A DNA stretch of 64,000 nucleotides from positions 8,625,616 to 8,689,615 of the forward strand of contig NC_057752.1 of the NCBI RefSeq assembly GCF_004010195.1. Reading direction: 5' to 3'. The notes beneath the pieces are model-generated. The model was not told the origin of the DNA, did not search any database, and was given only the letters and a program-made list of their open reading frames with translations. Below, piece after piece: positions 12,301 through 26,052 of the stretch. Position 1 is the stretch's first letter. Each line of letters opens with the position of its first letter. The position numbers and the translations under genes were made by a program. This DNA comes from Chiloscyllium plagiosum (Eukaryota).

Positions 12301-15300
12301 GAGTGAGTGGGAGAGTGTGGCCATTGCCGCAGGACTGAGCCTCAGCAGATTAATCTCTGCGAGGAGACTGCAGACTCTGGGCAAAAGTACGACTGTCAAG
12401 AGAGTAGCAGGATTGGTAAAGGGGAATATAGTAAAGCACGGCTGGAAAGGGTTCAATGCAGAGAAGGGGAGTCATTCACGGGCAGGGAGGGGTTTCAAGG
12501 GGCAGCAGATGACTACACCAGGAATAATCACTTCATACGCCAATGGCTGGTGGGAAAGGCAGGCATGTGTAGGCGTATGTAAGCTGGTAGTTGGAGACCT
12601 AGAGAAGTGCGAAGCCTGTGGGGTTAACAGGATGGGTGCTATGAAAGGGATGTGGATGTCTGAGCGCTCACCAGGCTGTTTAGCCTGAGGCTGATACTCA
12701 CTGATAGAGGAGCACTCACTCTTACCTTCCATCATGTTGGAAACCGAAAGTGCACCATAGAAACAATAATGGCTGTGACCACACTCAGTAGGGGTGGGAA
12801 GTGACTCAACCTGTGAGGGAGGGGGCTGCAGCAAATACCTTCCAAAGGGAAACACCAAGCCCATGTAATGTACAACACACAGGCATACAAGCCACCTACT
12901 CCCTGACCATCCTGTAGCAAAAGAATCTCTGTATGTTGCACCTCCCTAGCACAGCCACTGCTGGACAACTCATGAACAGTTACAACTTTGTGCACAGAGG
13001 GAACGAACACTCAGGATGTTGAACAGGGAGGGACAAAGGTGTTACCATGACCAATGCCATGTATACACCTTGTTCCCACTGCTTCCAGATGGTGCAATTA
13101 GCTCCCAGCTCAGAGCCCTATTGCTCGAGGCTTGTCTGTAGCCACATAGTACTGCCAGATGGTGGGAAGGTGTATTTAGCATCGACACAGAGATACTCAC
13201 AGACACATGAAAGTTAACATCAGGAATATTTATGCATAAACAGACTGCTGGACAAGCCTTTTATACCTGCACCAGAAAAGTACCCTCAGTATGTTTTCTT
13301 TTTTCTCTCCTCACTGCATTATTGTGTACTCCCTTGTTCTGCAGCTGGGGGTCAAGGGAACCCGCTCAGCTCTTGAGCACATTCTGGGTAGGGTGATCCC
13401 AGGGTCACATATCTAGACAAGCTAGATATGCCAAGGGTCGTCTTACCAGAGGCAGGTTGACCCTCATCCACTTCTCCAGCATGTTCAGACTATGTCCATC
13501 AATAAGCAGGGCAGCTTTGGAATCCAGCACTCAACCAGGTGCACAAAGGCCTTTTAGACATGGCACAGTAATGCTGGCATTTCAGCAGGTATATGCTGAG
13601 TGGTAAATTGTTGTGGGATTAGTGTGTGGTAAGATGGGGAAAATATCAGACTTGAGAGAAACCGTAGGGACGAGGTCGGCAATTAATGTGGTGGATTTGA
13701 GAAGGTAGGGCGGGAAATCTCACTAGACTTTATGGCGAAAAACCCTCAAACTCAATGCAACTCAGGCTTACCCGAAAAAAGATTAAGGCCAATATTTTGT
13801 CATTTGGGGAGGGAGTTGCATGAACATCATGCCCTTCCTTCACCAATAATTTCAAGTTGCAAGCTGTGCAACTACATATTTGGGATGTAGATCATGTTTT
13901 TGCAGACCAATATGAACTGTTTCAACTGTTAAATATTTTGAAATGAAGACTGTGCCCTTTTAAAGGATTCACTGTTTACAGAAATGTTACATCCTTGAAA
14001 TGTTCTGAACAATGGAGACACTTTAGTATCTTGCAATGACCCTTTAGCAGCTTCGCAAAACATTGCATCACATTTGTACTTGTAAAAAAAATTCAAACAG
14101 AAATACAAATTAGCAGCCATTATCAAGTTTGAAGCTGGCCTACAAGCACAAGATCTGCAGAGATTATTCTTGAGAATCGAATCAATGACAGCTCCAGAAC
14201 TGGAGTACAATACCTTCACTGCATCTAAGCATTAGTTCTCTAAAGAGATGGAAGTCAGAGAGCTATGTGAAAGCACAAGAGAATTCTCAGCTTCCAGAAT
14301 TTGAAATTTGCTATGTATGTTGCGCAATCCTTATTTGGGCATGTTAGAATAGTTATTACATGAAAGATAATATTAAAACAATTGGCATTTATGATGATTC
14401 TTTCACACCTCTAAATGGAGAATTATAGGATTTTCCCCATTATAAAGCACATCCACCCTGCTGCTGCACCACTAACTGCACATTCATAAGTTCCAAATCC
14501 CCAAGGCTATATTTACAATTTCACTAACAAATTCCATAGGAAATCTGCCTTGTCCTGACTTTCTGCAGGCAACACCATAGGAGAATCCATTAGTATCCGA
14601 CAAAAAGGTAAGCATTACAGGAAAATAACATAATTATGGGAATTGGATATTGTCAATTTGTGAAAATAAAACTTAAGCAACTTATAGTTGAAAATTGTAA
14701 TATATTCCAAAAATTGCAAAGGAACAGACACGCATCTACTTTTACATGGTGATGGAGAAAATCCTGACAATGTGACTGATGATTGAAAACTGACAGCAGC
14801 GGGAGGAAAACAGCAGGCTGTTGCTGCATGATGTGATAATACATTGATGGTCACTATACTACAGGGTCTTCAAAAGAGTACTAATAATACTAAAGAGACT
14901 GGGGCTGTATTTTATGCAACCAACCACCAGGTTTGAAAGCAGGCAGGTTGTATAATCCAGCATGTCGCCTGACCACTTCATGCACCTGAATGGTCTCAAA
15001 ATTTACAAGGGATGGGTGGTAAAAGCTTTCGATAGCCGTCTGCTCTTGGGCATACTTGAGTCTTTAAGTGAGCATTAATGGAACATAGGACTGAGGAGGA
15101 GCAGGCCATTCAGCCCTTCAAGCCTGCTCTGCCTTTTATAAGATCATGGTGATCTTGCTGTAGTCTAAACTCCACTTTCCTGTCTGTCCCCATAACCCTG
15201 GATTTGAAAACTCATATCCAACTCAGCCTTGAATATATTCAATGACCCAGCCTCTCAAACCTGGCTCTCCCACCCTCACTGAGGTCTGGTGGCCTAGCCA

Positions 15301-15419
15301 TCTGATTGGCTGGTAGTTCTCCAAAGTGAAACTTGCTCACCTTAAATCTTACCACAAATCAAATTAACACTGCTTCCAGTGTTAAATTGCTGAGGACATG
15401 CCACCCACATTTTAGCCAG

Positions 15420-16168
15420 GCGATGATCCCTGGAATGGTAGGTCTAACATACGAGGAACGGCTGAGGATCCTGGGATTGTATTCATTGGAGTTTAGAAGA
15501 TTAAGGAGAGATCTAATAGAAACTTACAAGTGGGCGGCACGGTGGCACAGTGGTTAGCACTGCTGCCTCACAGCGCCAGAGACCCGGGTTCAATTCCCGC
15601 CTCAGGCGACTGACTGTGTGGAGTTTGCACGTTCTCCCCGTGTCTGCGTGGGTTTCCTCCGGGTGCTCCGGTTTCCTCCCACAATCCAAAAATGTGCGGG
15701 TCAGGTGAATTGGCCATGCTAAATTGCCCGTAGTGTTAGGTTAAAGGGGTAAATGTAGGGGTATGGGTGGGTTGCGCTTCGGCGGGTCGGTGTGGACTTG
15801 TTGGGCCGAAGGGCCTGTTTCCACACTGTAAGTAATCTAATCTAATCTAATCTAAGATAATACATGGCTTGGAAAGGGTGGACGCTAGGAAATTTAGAGG
15901 GGGTAAATTCAGAACAGAAATGCGGAGACATTTCTTCAGCCAGAGAGTGGTGGGCCTGTGGAATTCATTGCCGCAGAGTGCAGTGGAGGCTGGGACGCTA
16001 AATGTCTTCAAGGCAGAGATTGATAAATTCTTGATGTCACAAGGAATTAAGGGCTACGGGGAGAATGCGGGTAAGTGGAGTTGAAATGCCCATCAGCCAT
16101 GATTGAATGGCGGAGTGGACTCGATGTGCCAAATGGCCTTACTTCCACTCCTATGTCTTATGGTCTTA
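15420..16168 (+). mobile_element. CR1 LINE 3' end, split by an HE1 SINE
   Basis: MIPGM.GLTYEERLRILGLYSLEFRRLRRDLIETYK|IIHG; FRTEMRRHFFSQRVVGLWNSLP; ends in a CTTATG-type tandem tail. Confidence 0.9.
15531..15855 (+). mobile_element. Full-length HE1-type tRNA-derived V-SINE
   Basis: A box TGGCACAGTGG (15543-15553), B box GGTTCAATTCC (15587-15597), V-domain GTGTGGAGTTTGCACGTTCTCCCCGTG, CR1-like tail GGGCCGAAGGGCCTGTTTCC and (AATCT)n end. Interrupts the CR1 reading frame at TACAAG|ATAATA. Confidence 0.92.
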
Positions 16169-16934
16169 TAGGACCATAGTACCTTGTAAGTTAAGCCCAG
16201 CCCCAAAACAAGACAAAGAGCTGAGCAACAAGTGTCTTGGTGAATCACAGGCCTTAGTATTGCAGTCCCATGGCAGGAGCCAGTGGCCAGGGTGTCTCAG
16301 CTTCTACGTTTTAGAAATCATCGCTGAAGACAAAGCCTTCAGGGGATCCAACAGAGAGAAGGTAAGTATTTTTCTTTCAAGTCTTGCGAGGAGAGGGCTT
16401 TGGGGGTTCAGTATCAAGGGTAGGGGGGTGGCTTTCAGTAACCACCCCCTTTTGCCCCCAGGCTTGCCCTGATTGGCCCCAGATTGAATGAAGTGACTGC
16501 CCCACCAACACAGTAGTAAGGTCTGGATTCCCAGTCAGGAAACCGGCCACTTTTCTCAATGCTGAGGACAGTAAATGGTCTGATGGCCATTTGAGGCCCT
16601 TAAGCAGCTATCATTTGATCCCTTCTCACCAAGTACAAGAAAAGGGCAAGTATCTGAGCCAAATCACCTAATTATTTTCCCTTCTCACCATACAGGAAGA
16701 GGAAAATTGTACCACCTAGATTCACAGAGTGGTAACAACACAAGAGGCTATTCAGTCCATTGTGTCTGTGTCAGCTCTCCAGGGAACAACTCTACATGTC
16801 TCATTCCCTTAAGTCCTGCAATTTTTCCCCTTCTGCGAAGGTTCAATTATCTTTTGAAAGCCACAATTGACTCTCAGGCAACATATTCCAGATCCTATCT
16901 ATTCACTGCATTAAATGTCTTTTCATCATGTCAG

Positions 16935-17208
16935 AAAGTCATAGGGTATTGCAGCACAGAAACAAACCTTTCGGTCCAACTCGTCCAAGCTGACCAGATA
17001 CCCTCAATTAATCTAGCCCCATTTGCCAGCACTTGGACCGTATCCCTCTAAACCCTTCTTATACATATATCCATCGAGGTGCCTTTTAAATGTTGTTATT
17101 GAACCTGTCTCCAACACTTCCTCTGGCATACTGTTGTATACACACACACCACACTCTGTGAAAAAGTTGCCCCTCAGGTCCCTTTTAAATCTTTCCCCTC
17201 TCACCTTA
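16935..17208 (-). mobile_element. CR1 LINE 3' end
   Basis: VRGERFKRDLRGNFFT...FKRHLDGYM..KGLEGYGP. Confidence 0.88.
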
Positions 17209-17289
17209 AATCAAAGTTTGGCTTCCAACATTAATTTCAATCTGTGATGGATAGACATTGGGGGAAAGAGAAATCCTCAGGTAGTAAAT

Positions 17290-18375
17290 GAAAAAGGGAT
17301 CTCATTGAAGATAGTAAAGATAGTTTATCACAGGTTAAAAAGGAAACACATGAGGTGGAAATAGAAGTTAAAAAGCCTCATGTCAGAAGTTCAAGTTGTA
17401 TGATTGGTGGGTTATATTGGAGGTGTTGTGGATAGCATGAGGTACCTGTTGGAGGTCATTTCAGAGTAAGGAAAACTCAACTCAAAATATAAAAACATTT
17501 TTATTGGCCGGGACTGCACAAGGATGTAGTTGAATTTTGCCAGATGTGTCGTACGTGTCAGGTAATAAGAAAACATCAAACAATGATAAAATTCAGCACT
17601 GTTAATACCCATTCCTGCAACTGTGGAACCTTTTGAAAGGGTCTTAAAAGATTGCATAGGACCCCTTCCTAAAACCAAAAGTGGGAATCTGATTTTTTGT
17701 TTAACCATAATGGATGTGTCCACTAGATTTACAGAGGCCATTCCATTACACAATGACACAGCTAAAAGAATTGTAGAGGAGTTACTCAAATGTTTCACTA
17801 AATACGGACTACCCACAGAGATACAATCAGATCCAGGGTCAAATTTGACATCAAAATTATTCAAGGAAGTTATGGATAGCTTGGGAATTAAACAATTTAA
17901 ATCAACTGTGTACCATACAGAATAGCAAGGAGAATTAGAATGGTAGTGTCAAACTTTAAAGAGCATGTTGAGGGCTTATAGTCATGACTGTCCAGAGGAT
18001 TGGGATAAAGGAATTCCAAATTCCATTTGCACATTTTGCAATTAGGGATGCATGTAATGAATCAACTAAATTCAGTCCATTTGAATTGAGATGAGTTGAC
18101 CACTGAAATTATTTAAGGTAAGTCAGAGTTCAGAGACGACATATTTGGACTGTGTGTCAAAGTTTAGGGAAAGATTAAATAGAGTGGGTGAGTTGGCTTG
18201 ACAGCATTTGAAAGTGGCATAGTATGTGATGAAAGAGGAAGCAGACAAGAAATCAAAAATTCATTGTTCTACTGGAGAGATAAAGTGTGAGTGTTCCTAC
18301 CAGTGGTAAGTGAGCCTGAAAACCAAGGTTTAGTGTGGCTTATCAAATCAAAAGAAAATTGAGTGATGTTAACTA
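17290..18375 (+). mobile_element. Gypsy (Gmr1-like) integrase relic
   Basis: HEVP.GGH, HFYWPGLHKDVVEFCQMCRTCQ, EPFERVLKDCIGPLPKTKSGN, IQSDPGSNLTSKLF; same family as 59049-61995. Confidence 0.85.
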
Positions 18376-18384
18376 CAAGGTTGG

Positions 18385-20390
18385 TGGGTGGCTAATGTTG
18401 TGTCATTATTTAAGAAAAGCTGCAGGGAAATGCTTGGTATCTACGGTGAGCCTAACTTCGGTGGTGGATAAGTTGTTACTGAGAGATAGGACCTATAGGC
18501 ATTTGAAGAGGCAAGGACTCATTTGGGATAGTCAGCATAGTTTTGTGCATGGGGAATAGTGTCTCACGAATTTGATTGAATTTTTTGAAGGGGTGACCAA
18601 GAAAGTAGATGAGGATTGTGCGGTAGATGTTGTCTACATGGACTTTAGCAAGACTTCTGATAAGGCCTTGCATGGTGGGTTGCTAAGTAAAGTTACATCT
18701 CATGGGATCTAGGGAGAGCTAGCCAATTAGATAGAAAATTGGCTTGAAAGTAAAAGACAGAGGGTGGTAGTAGAGGGTTGTTTTTCGAACTGCAGGCATG
18801 TGACCAGCAGTGTGCCACAGGGATCAGTCCTAGGTCCATGATTACTCATCATTTATATCAATGATTTGGATGAGAATTTAAGAGCTATGGTTAGTACAGA
18901 TGACACTAAGATTTGTGGTATAGTGGACAGTGAAGAAGGTTATCTAGGAATACAACAACATCTTGATCAACTGACCCAGTGGGCTGAGGAATAGGAGATT
19001 GAGTTTACTTTAGATAAATGCAAAGTGTTGCATTTTGGCAGGTCAAACTAGGGCAGGACTTACACAGTCAAAGGTAGGGCCCTGGGGGAGTCATAGAGTC
19101 GCAGGGTTATACAGTATGGAAACATACTCTTCGGTCCAACTTGTCCATGCCGACAAGATTTCCCAAACCTGACTAGTCCCATTTTCCTGCATTTAGCCCG
19201 TATCCCTCTAAACCCTTCCTAATCATGTACCTGTCCAAATACCTTTTAAATGTTGTAACTGTACCCACCTCTACCACTTCCTCTGGCAACTCATTCCATA
19301 CATGCACCACTCTCTGCATAAAAAAGTTTCCCCTCAGGTCCCTTTTATATCTTTCCCTCTCACCTTAAGCCTCTGCTCTCTAGTTTTGGATTACCTTGAG
19401 GAAAAGATCTAAGCTATTCACCCTATCCATGCCCCTTATGATTTACGAACCTCTATTAGGCCACTCCTTGTAATGCTTAATTGCATTTTCCTGCCAGAAA
19501 TGGCACTGTAGTACTGTATGTGTTTTGAAGTAACTGCCTTCCAGCCAAATCTATGTTTCTACTTCTCCAAATCGCTGCAAAGTATTTATTTATAAATAAC
19601 ACAACCTAAGTCTGAAGTATAAATTACAGAGAGGAGTGAGTTTCCTCTCAGTTAGTTTAGTGAAGTGACAAGGTCCATCTAGCTCATCCTCTACCATCCT
19701 GCAGTGACGTAATACAGTAATAGGGATTAAATTTCCATTTCTCCAGCCTCAGATCTTGCTTTGCCCAAGGACCAAACTTGGCCTTCAATCTGTGAAGCGT
19801 GCGAAAGGTTTTATATAAGAAAGCAAAGTGAAGAGCCACTACAGAAGGCTGAAAAGAGTAACAGTGTAGGCAAATGTGATAGAACAAAGAGATCTAGGGG
19901 AACAGGTTCATAGCTCCTAGAAAGTGGAGTCACAGGTAGACAGGGCTGTGAAGAAGGCTTTCGACATGCTAGCTTTCATCAGTCAGAACATTGAGTATAG
20001 GAGTTGGGATGAATTTTTGCAGTATTGTGTGCAGTTCTGATCATCCTATTATAGAAAGGATATTATGAAACTAGAAAGAGTACAGAAAAGATTTACTGGG
20101 ATGCTACCTGGACTGGAAGGTTTGAGCTATAAGGAGAGGCTGGATAGGCTGCAACATTTTTCCCTGGACCATTTGAGGCTGAGGGGTGACCTTATAGAGT
20201 TCTATAAAACCATGAGAGGCATAGATAAGATGGATAGCCAAGAGCTTTTCCCCATGGTTGGGGAGCCTAAAACTAGAGGGCATTGGTTTAAGGTGAGAGA
20301 TACAAAAGGGTCCAGTGGGGCAAATTTTCACACATAGGGTGGTGAATGTTGGGAACAGGCTGCCAGAGGTAGTGGCGGAGGCAAGTAGTG
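18385..20390 (+). mobile_element. CR1 LINE RT and 3' region, interrupted by an opposite-strand CR1 3' end (about 19091-19465) and other DNA
   Basis: SQHSFVHG, VYMDFSK, VPQGSVLGP, KLERVQKRFTGMLPGLEGLSYKERL. Confidence 0.85.
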
Positions 20391-20503
20391 TAACCAATCT
20401 AACTACATCTGAAACACCTTACACTTGCCTTTAAGAAAGAAACTGTTAGGATCTAGGTTATCTCCTTGAAATATTTGAAGGGGATTAGGTCTAGTCCGTA
20501 ACA

Positions 20504-20955
20504 ACCTGCACCCCGAGATCTCTTTATTTGGCAACACTCTCCAGGCTCCTACCATTAACTGTGTAAGTCCTGCCCTGGTTAGCCTTACCAAAATGCAACA
20601 CGTATATTCACCTAAATTAAACTCCACCTGCCACTCCTCAACCCATTGGCCCATCTGATCAAGATCCCATTGTATTCTGAGATAAGTTTCTTCACTGTTC
20701 ATTACACCACCTATTTGGTGTGACCTGCAATATACTAACCATACCTCATGTATTGACATCCAAATCATTTATAAAAATGATAAAAAGCAGTGGACCCAGC
20801 ATTGATCTTTGTGACACACTGATGATCACAGACCTCCAATCCAAAAAAAACTCTTTACCACAACCCTCTATCTCCTATCATCAAGCCAGTTTAGTATCCA
20901 ATTGGCTAGCTCCCTCTGGATTCCATGTGATCTAACCTTGCTAACCATCTACCAT
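20504..20955 (-). mobile_element. CR1 LINE RT fragment
   Basis: ORF 20403-20768 has YLRIQWDLDQMGQWVEEWQVEFN. Joined to an LTR end fragment (about 20389-20503, ending GTCCGTAACA). Confidence 0.8.
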
Positions 20956-21329
20956 GTTTTGGTCTTTCACCAATAAGTTTAAATCAGTATTCTCTGGATC
21001 TGGATCCTTCTGCCAATTGGAATAATTTCTCCTTATTTTCTCTGTCCAGGCCTCTCATGATTCTGAGCACCTTTATCAAATTTCCTCTCACCCTTCTTCT
21101 CTCAAAAAAGAACAAATCCAGTTTCTCTAATGTATCCCCAGAACCAGACTTGAAGGTCTTTTCTACAAGCTCTCCAATGCTCTTACATCTTTCCTAAAGT
21201 CTGGTACTCAAAATTAGGTACCAAAATCCAGGTGACGTCAAATCAGTGTTTTATAAAGTTTCACTTGCTTTTATACTCTTTCATCTACTCTCTTCACCAC
21301 CGACACTCAGTAGCAATGTGTACCTTTTT

Positions 21330-23010
21330 TTTATTTATTATTTTGTGGGATGTGGGCTTTGTTAGCAGGGCCAACAGTAATTGCCTGTCCCTATTTGCCC
21401 TTGAGAAGTGGTGCTAAGCTACCTTCTTTAACTGCTGCAGTCCATACGCTGTGGGTTGATCCACAATGCCATGAGAGAGGGAATTCCAGGATTCTGGCCC
21501 AGCTACAGAGAAAGAATGGTGATATATTTCCGAGTTAGGATGGTTAGTAGCTTGGAGGGGAACTTGAACATGGTGGTGTTTCCATATATCTGCTGCTCAT
21601 GTCCTTCTAGATGGAAATGGTCATGGGTTTGGAAGGTGCTGTTTGAGGATCTTTAGTGAATTTCTGCAGTGCATCTTGTAGATAATACACACTGCTGCTA
21701 CTGAGCGTCAGTGGTGGAGGGAGTGAATGCTTATAGATGTGGCACCAATCAAGTGGGCTGCTTTGTCCTAGATGGTGTCAAGCCTCTTGAGTGTTGTTGG
21801 GGCTGCACCATTCAGGCAATTGGGGAGTATTCCATCACACTCCTGACTTGTGCCTTTGTAGATGGTGGGCAAGCTTTGGGGAGTCAGGATGGATGTTGCT
21901 TGCTGCAGTATTCCTTGCCTCTGACCTGCTCTTGTAGCCACTCTGTTTATGTAGTGAGCCCAGTTGAGCTTCTTATCAATGATAATTCCTAGGATGTTGA
22001 TAAAGGGGGGGGGGGGTTCAGTGATGGTAACACTATTGAATGTCAAGGAGCGGTGTTGAGATAGTCTCTTACTGGTGACGGCCGTTGAGATAGTCTCTTA
22101 CTGGTGACGGCCATAGCCTGGCATTTGTGTGGCGTGAATGTTACTTGCCACTTGTCAGCTCAAGCATGGATATTGCCCAGATCTTGTTGCATTTTGACAC
22201 AGTCAGCTTCAGTGTCTGAGTCGTCGCGAATGGTGCTGAACATTGTGCAATTATTGGCGAACATTCCTACTTCTGACCTTATAATGGAGGGAAGGTCATC
22301 GATGAAGCAGCTGAAGATGGTTTGGCCTAGGACACTACCCTGAGGAACTCCTGCAGAAATGTCCTGGAGCTGAGATGACTGACCTCCAACAATCGCAACC
22401 ATCTTCCTATGTGTCAGGTATAACTCTAACCACCAGAGAGTTTGCCCCCGATACCCATTGATTCCAGTTTTTCTCGGGCTCCTTGATGCCACACTTGGTC
22501 AAATGCAGCCTTGATGTCAAGGGCTGTCACTCTCCCCTCCTCTTTGGAATTCAGCTATCTTGTCCATGTTTGAACCAAGGCTGTAATGAGGTCAGGAGCT
22601 GAGTGGCCCTGGTGGAACCCAAACTGGGTGTTTCGGAGTAGGTTATTGCTGAGCAGGTGCTGCTTGATAGCACTGTTGGTGACACCTTCCGTCACTTTAC
22701 TGATGATCGAGAGTAAACCAATGGAACCGGGTTGGATTGTCCTGCCTTTTGTGACAGGACATACGTGGGCAATTTTCCACGTTGTCAGGTAGATGCCAGT
22801 GTTGTCACTGTATTGGAACAGCTTGGCTCGGAGAGCGGAAAGTTCTGGAGTACAAGTTTTCAGTACTATTTCCGGAATGTCGTCAGGGTCCATAGTCTTT
22901 GCAATATCCACTTCCTCCAACTATTTCTTGTTATCACAGAGTGAACTGATTTGGCTGAAGCCTGGCATAGTGATGCTGAGGACTTTCAGAGGAGACAGAG
23001 ATGGATCCTT
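21330..23010 (-). mobile_element. CR1-group LINE, RT to 3' UTR
   Basis: KLFQYS..TGIY.TTWKIAHVCPV, QFGFHQGHSAPDLITALVQ, SAGVPQGSVLG.TIFSCFIDDLP, VGMFANNCTMF. Confidence 0.88.
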
Positions 23011-24229
23011 TTTACAGAGCAGTTTCTTGACAGCAAAGTGACACATCAAAGGAGAGTCAAGACGTACCAGGAACCAGCAGAGAAAGTGTTCCATACTGAT
23101 CAATTCCATGTTTTTTTTTAAATTGCATGAAAAGCTCTATGTGTGATCCCTGCCTAAGTTCCTGGCATTTGTGGAGCATTCTACAGTGTCTCCACTAGAA
23201 TATTTGAAATGAATGTCTTTTGGTTTACTGTCTTCTGGGTAACCAGATTATTTGGTTATAGGATAAAAAACATGCTCATCCAGGAGGCTTGAGAGAAGAG
23301 GTGAGAGCTCATTCCCAATCTTTTATTGCAGATCATGGGCAAAGAGTACCTAATACATTTTTGGGAACAGTGAACCTGTGCATATGATGGATCATTATAG
23401 CTGCCTGAAAGAGCTTCAAGGAGCAATTTTAACTGTGGTAGTCACAAATCAATTTTACTGTGTTGAACTACATGTAGGTTGGTCTCTCGTGCATGAAAAC
23501 ATCATAAAATTGAAGAGTAGCAATTTTGAGTGTGGCCATCAACAGCTCTTATAAAACATGTGCATCATGTTTTGTTATAATACATGGAGCAAAATGAACA
23601 TATTGTGCATAACCTCACACCACTACACTTTCCCATAACCTTCCTATCTTTGCCTCACACATTGAAAAGTTGCTTGCCAAACACACATAAACAATACTGC
23701 CAGGGTGAGAGGGCAGTGTCTTAACAGAAAAAAAAAGACAGACCCATCAAAGGAGGGTCATTATATACAATTAGGAATCAGCATAGAAAATGTTCCACAC
23801 GATCAATTCCACTGATTTTGTTTCTGGCATGAATAAACAGTTACTCAGTCACTGCCCTCTGCCTTATTTCATACCGCAAGATTGGGGCAAGGGTACCCTG
23901 AATGTGATAAACAAAATCAAAAGATTCTGCATTGGTTTTCATAAAATTATAAAAGATTGCTATCAGGGTACTAGAGAACCAAATCCATGCAGTTCAGATA
24001 TCATGATAAACAGAAATTGTCTGGATTCCAATTGGTTACTACCTTATATTTTGTTCTTCATAACCTCTATGTTCATTGGCATTGACAATGTTTTCATTAC
24101 CCTATCAACACCAACACTGTCATCCTCCCAACCAAAACCTTTAATTCTTGTGTCCTCCTAAGTACCATTAGTCTCTGAACTATACAAGTGTCAGGTAGAA
24201 AATACAATAGAGAACCAAGCTAAATGCAC

Positions 24230-25282
24230 AATGTTCAGAAAGGAGGTGAAAAGCGAAAGAAAAGCAAAAAAGAAATTATGAAAAAAGACTGTCAATTAGC
24301 ATTAAATGGAATACCAAAGTCTACAAAAGTCACATCAATAGTAAAAGGGTGGTAAGAGGAGTAGGGGGGCAAAATGGGGAAGTATAAATGGAGGCAAGGA
24401 GGTATTAAATGAAAATTTTGTATCTGTCTTTACCTAGGCCATGGTGACAGAGGAGAAAACTCAGTCACTTGAAGGTGGTGGTATCAGATAAGCATTTGGT
24501 AATTAGAGTTGTTAAGAGCCCTGGACGAGATGAATGACATCCAAGGATTTGAAGGAAGTGAATTTTCTATGTTTATTCAGTGGGATTTGTTCATGGAATT
24601 GAACGCATAACTGGCTAGGCCAGTACTTATTGCCCAGAGGTCAGTTAAGAGTCAACCACATTGTGGATTTGGAGTCCCATGTGGACCAGACCAAGTAAGG
24701 ACAGCAGTTTCCTTTCTGAAAGGACATGAGTGAACCAGATGGGTTTGTCTGACAATTAATAACAGCTAGACTCTTAATTACAGATTTTTATCTGTGGAGA
24801 GGGTGGTTACTAAAACAATAATATCCTAGGCTTTATTAGTTGAGGCATGGAGTACAACAGCAAGGGAGGATTGGTTGAAACATGTATAAGATACGAGTTA
24901 GACCTCAGCTGGATATTATATATAGCTCAGGGTGCCACATTCAGGAATATATTGAAGAAAGTGCAGAAAAAGTTCACAGAAATTGTCCCAGGGATGAGAA
25001 ACTTTAATTCTGAGAATAGATTTAAGAAGTTGAGACTCTTCATTGGCAAGGGAAGGCTAAAAAGAGATTTGACTGAAGTTTTAAACATTATGAAAATTAT
25101 GAGAGTTCTGGACAAAACAGGAAGCCTTTTCCTGCTTGTAAAAGGATCAGGAACAAATGGGCACATCTTTAAAGTGATTTGCAAAAGATGCAAATGCAAG
25201 GTGAAGAAAAGATTTTTCTCACAGTGAGAGCTTCAGATCTGGATACATTGTCTGGAAGTGGAGTGGAAGCAGGTTCATTCAA
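24230..25282 (+). mobile_element. Old CR1 fragments
   Basis: KVQKKFTEIVPGMRNF..., RLKRDLTEVLNIMK. Continues after 28229 (GGCATTC...TTGGATAG). Confidence 0.7.
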
Positions 25283-26052
25283 TGCAAGGGGCCTAACAGG
25301 GAAGGCAGATGAACTCAGGGCATAGTTAGGAACATGGGACTGGGATATCATAGCAATTACTGAAACATGGCTCAGGGATGGGCAGGACTGACAGCTTAAT
25401 GTTCCAGGCTACAAATGCTACAGGAAGGATAGAAAGGGAGGCAAGAGAGGATGGGGAGTAGGGTTTTTGATAAGGGATAACATTACAGCTGTGCTGAGGG
25501 AGGATATTCCTGGAAATACATCCAGGGAAGTTATTTGGGCGGAACTGAGAAATAAGAAAGGGATGATCACCTTATTGGGGTTGTATTGTAGAACCCCCAG
25601 TAGTCAGAGGGAAATAGAGAAACAAACTTGTAAGGAGATCTCAGCTATTTGTAAGAATAATAGGGTGGTTATGGTAGGGGATTTTAACTTTCCAAACATA
25701 GACTGGGACTGCCATAGTGTTAAGGGTTTAGAAGGAGAGGAATTTGTTAAGTGTGCACAAGAAAATTTTCTGATTCAGTATGTGGATGTACCTACTAGAG
25801 AAGGTGCAAAACTTGACCTACTCTTGGGAAATAAGGCAGAGCAGGTGACTGAGGTGTCAGTGGGGGAGCACTTTGGAGCCAGCGACCATATTTCCATTAG
25901 ATTTACAATAGTGAAGGAAAAGGATAGACCAGATGTAAAAGTTGAAGTTCTAAACTGGAGAAAGGCCAATTTTGACGGTATTAGACAAGAACTTTCAAAA
26001 GCTGATTGGGGGCAGATGTTCACAGGTAAAGGGACGGCAGGAAAATGGGAAG
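25283..26052 (+). mobile_element. Young CR1 LINE, APE endonuclease domain
   Basis: NARGLTGKADELRA, DIIAITETWL, VMVGDFNFPNIDW, PTREGAKLDLLLGN, FGASDH. Confidence 0.92.

Noticed and set aside
11770..13790. GC-richer region with several overlapping ORFs and a strong minus-strand donor (GAAG|GTAAGA near 12725)
   Set aside because: No recognisable host protein. It may be a very old Harbinger-like element, but the motifs are too eroded to call.
15531..15610. tRNA gene (also near 36690, 4290 and 48840)
   Set aside because: A and B boxes run into SINE body and tail; there is no complete cloverleaf or terminator.
22055..22112. 29-bp tandem duplication (similar small ones near 2403-2431 and 35319-35356)
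   Set aside because: Ordinary slippage duplications inside dead repeats.
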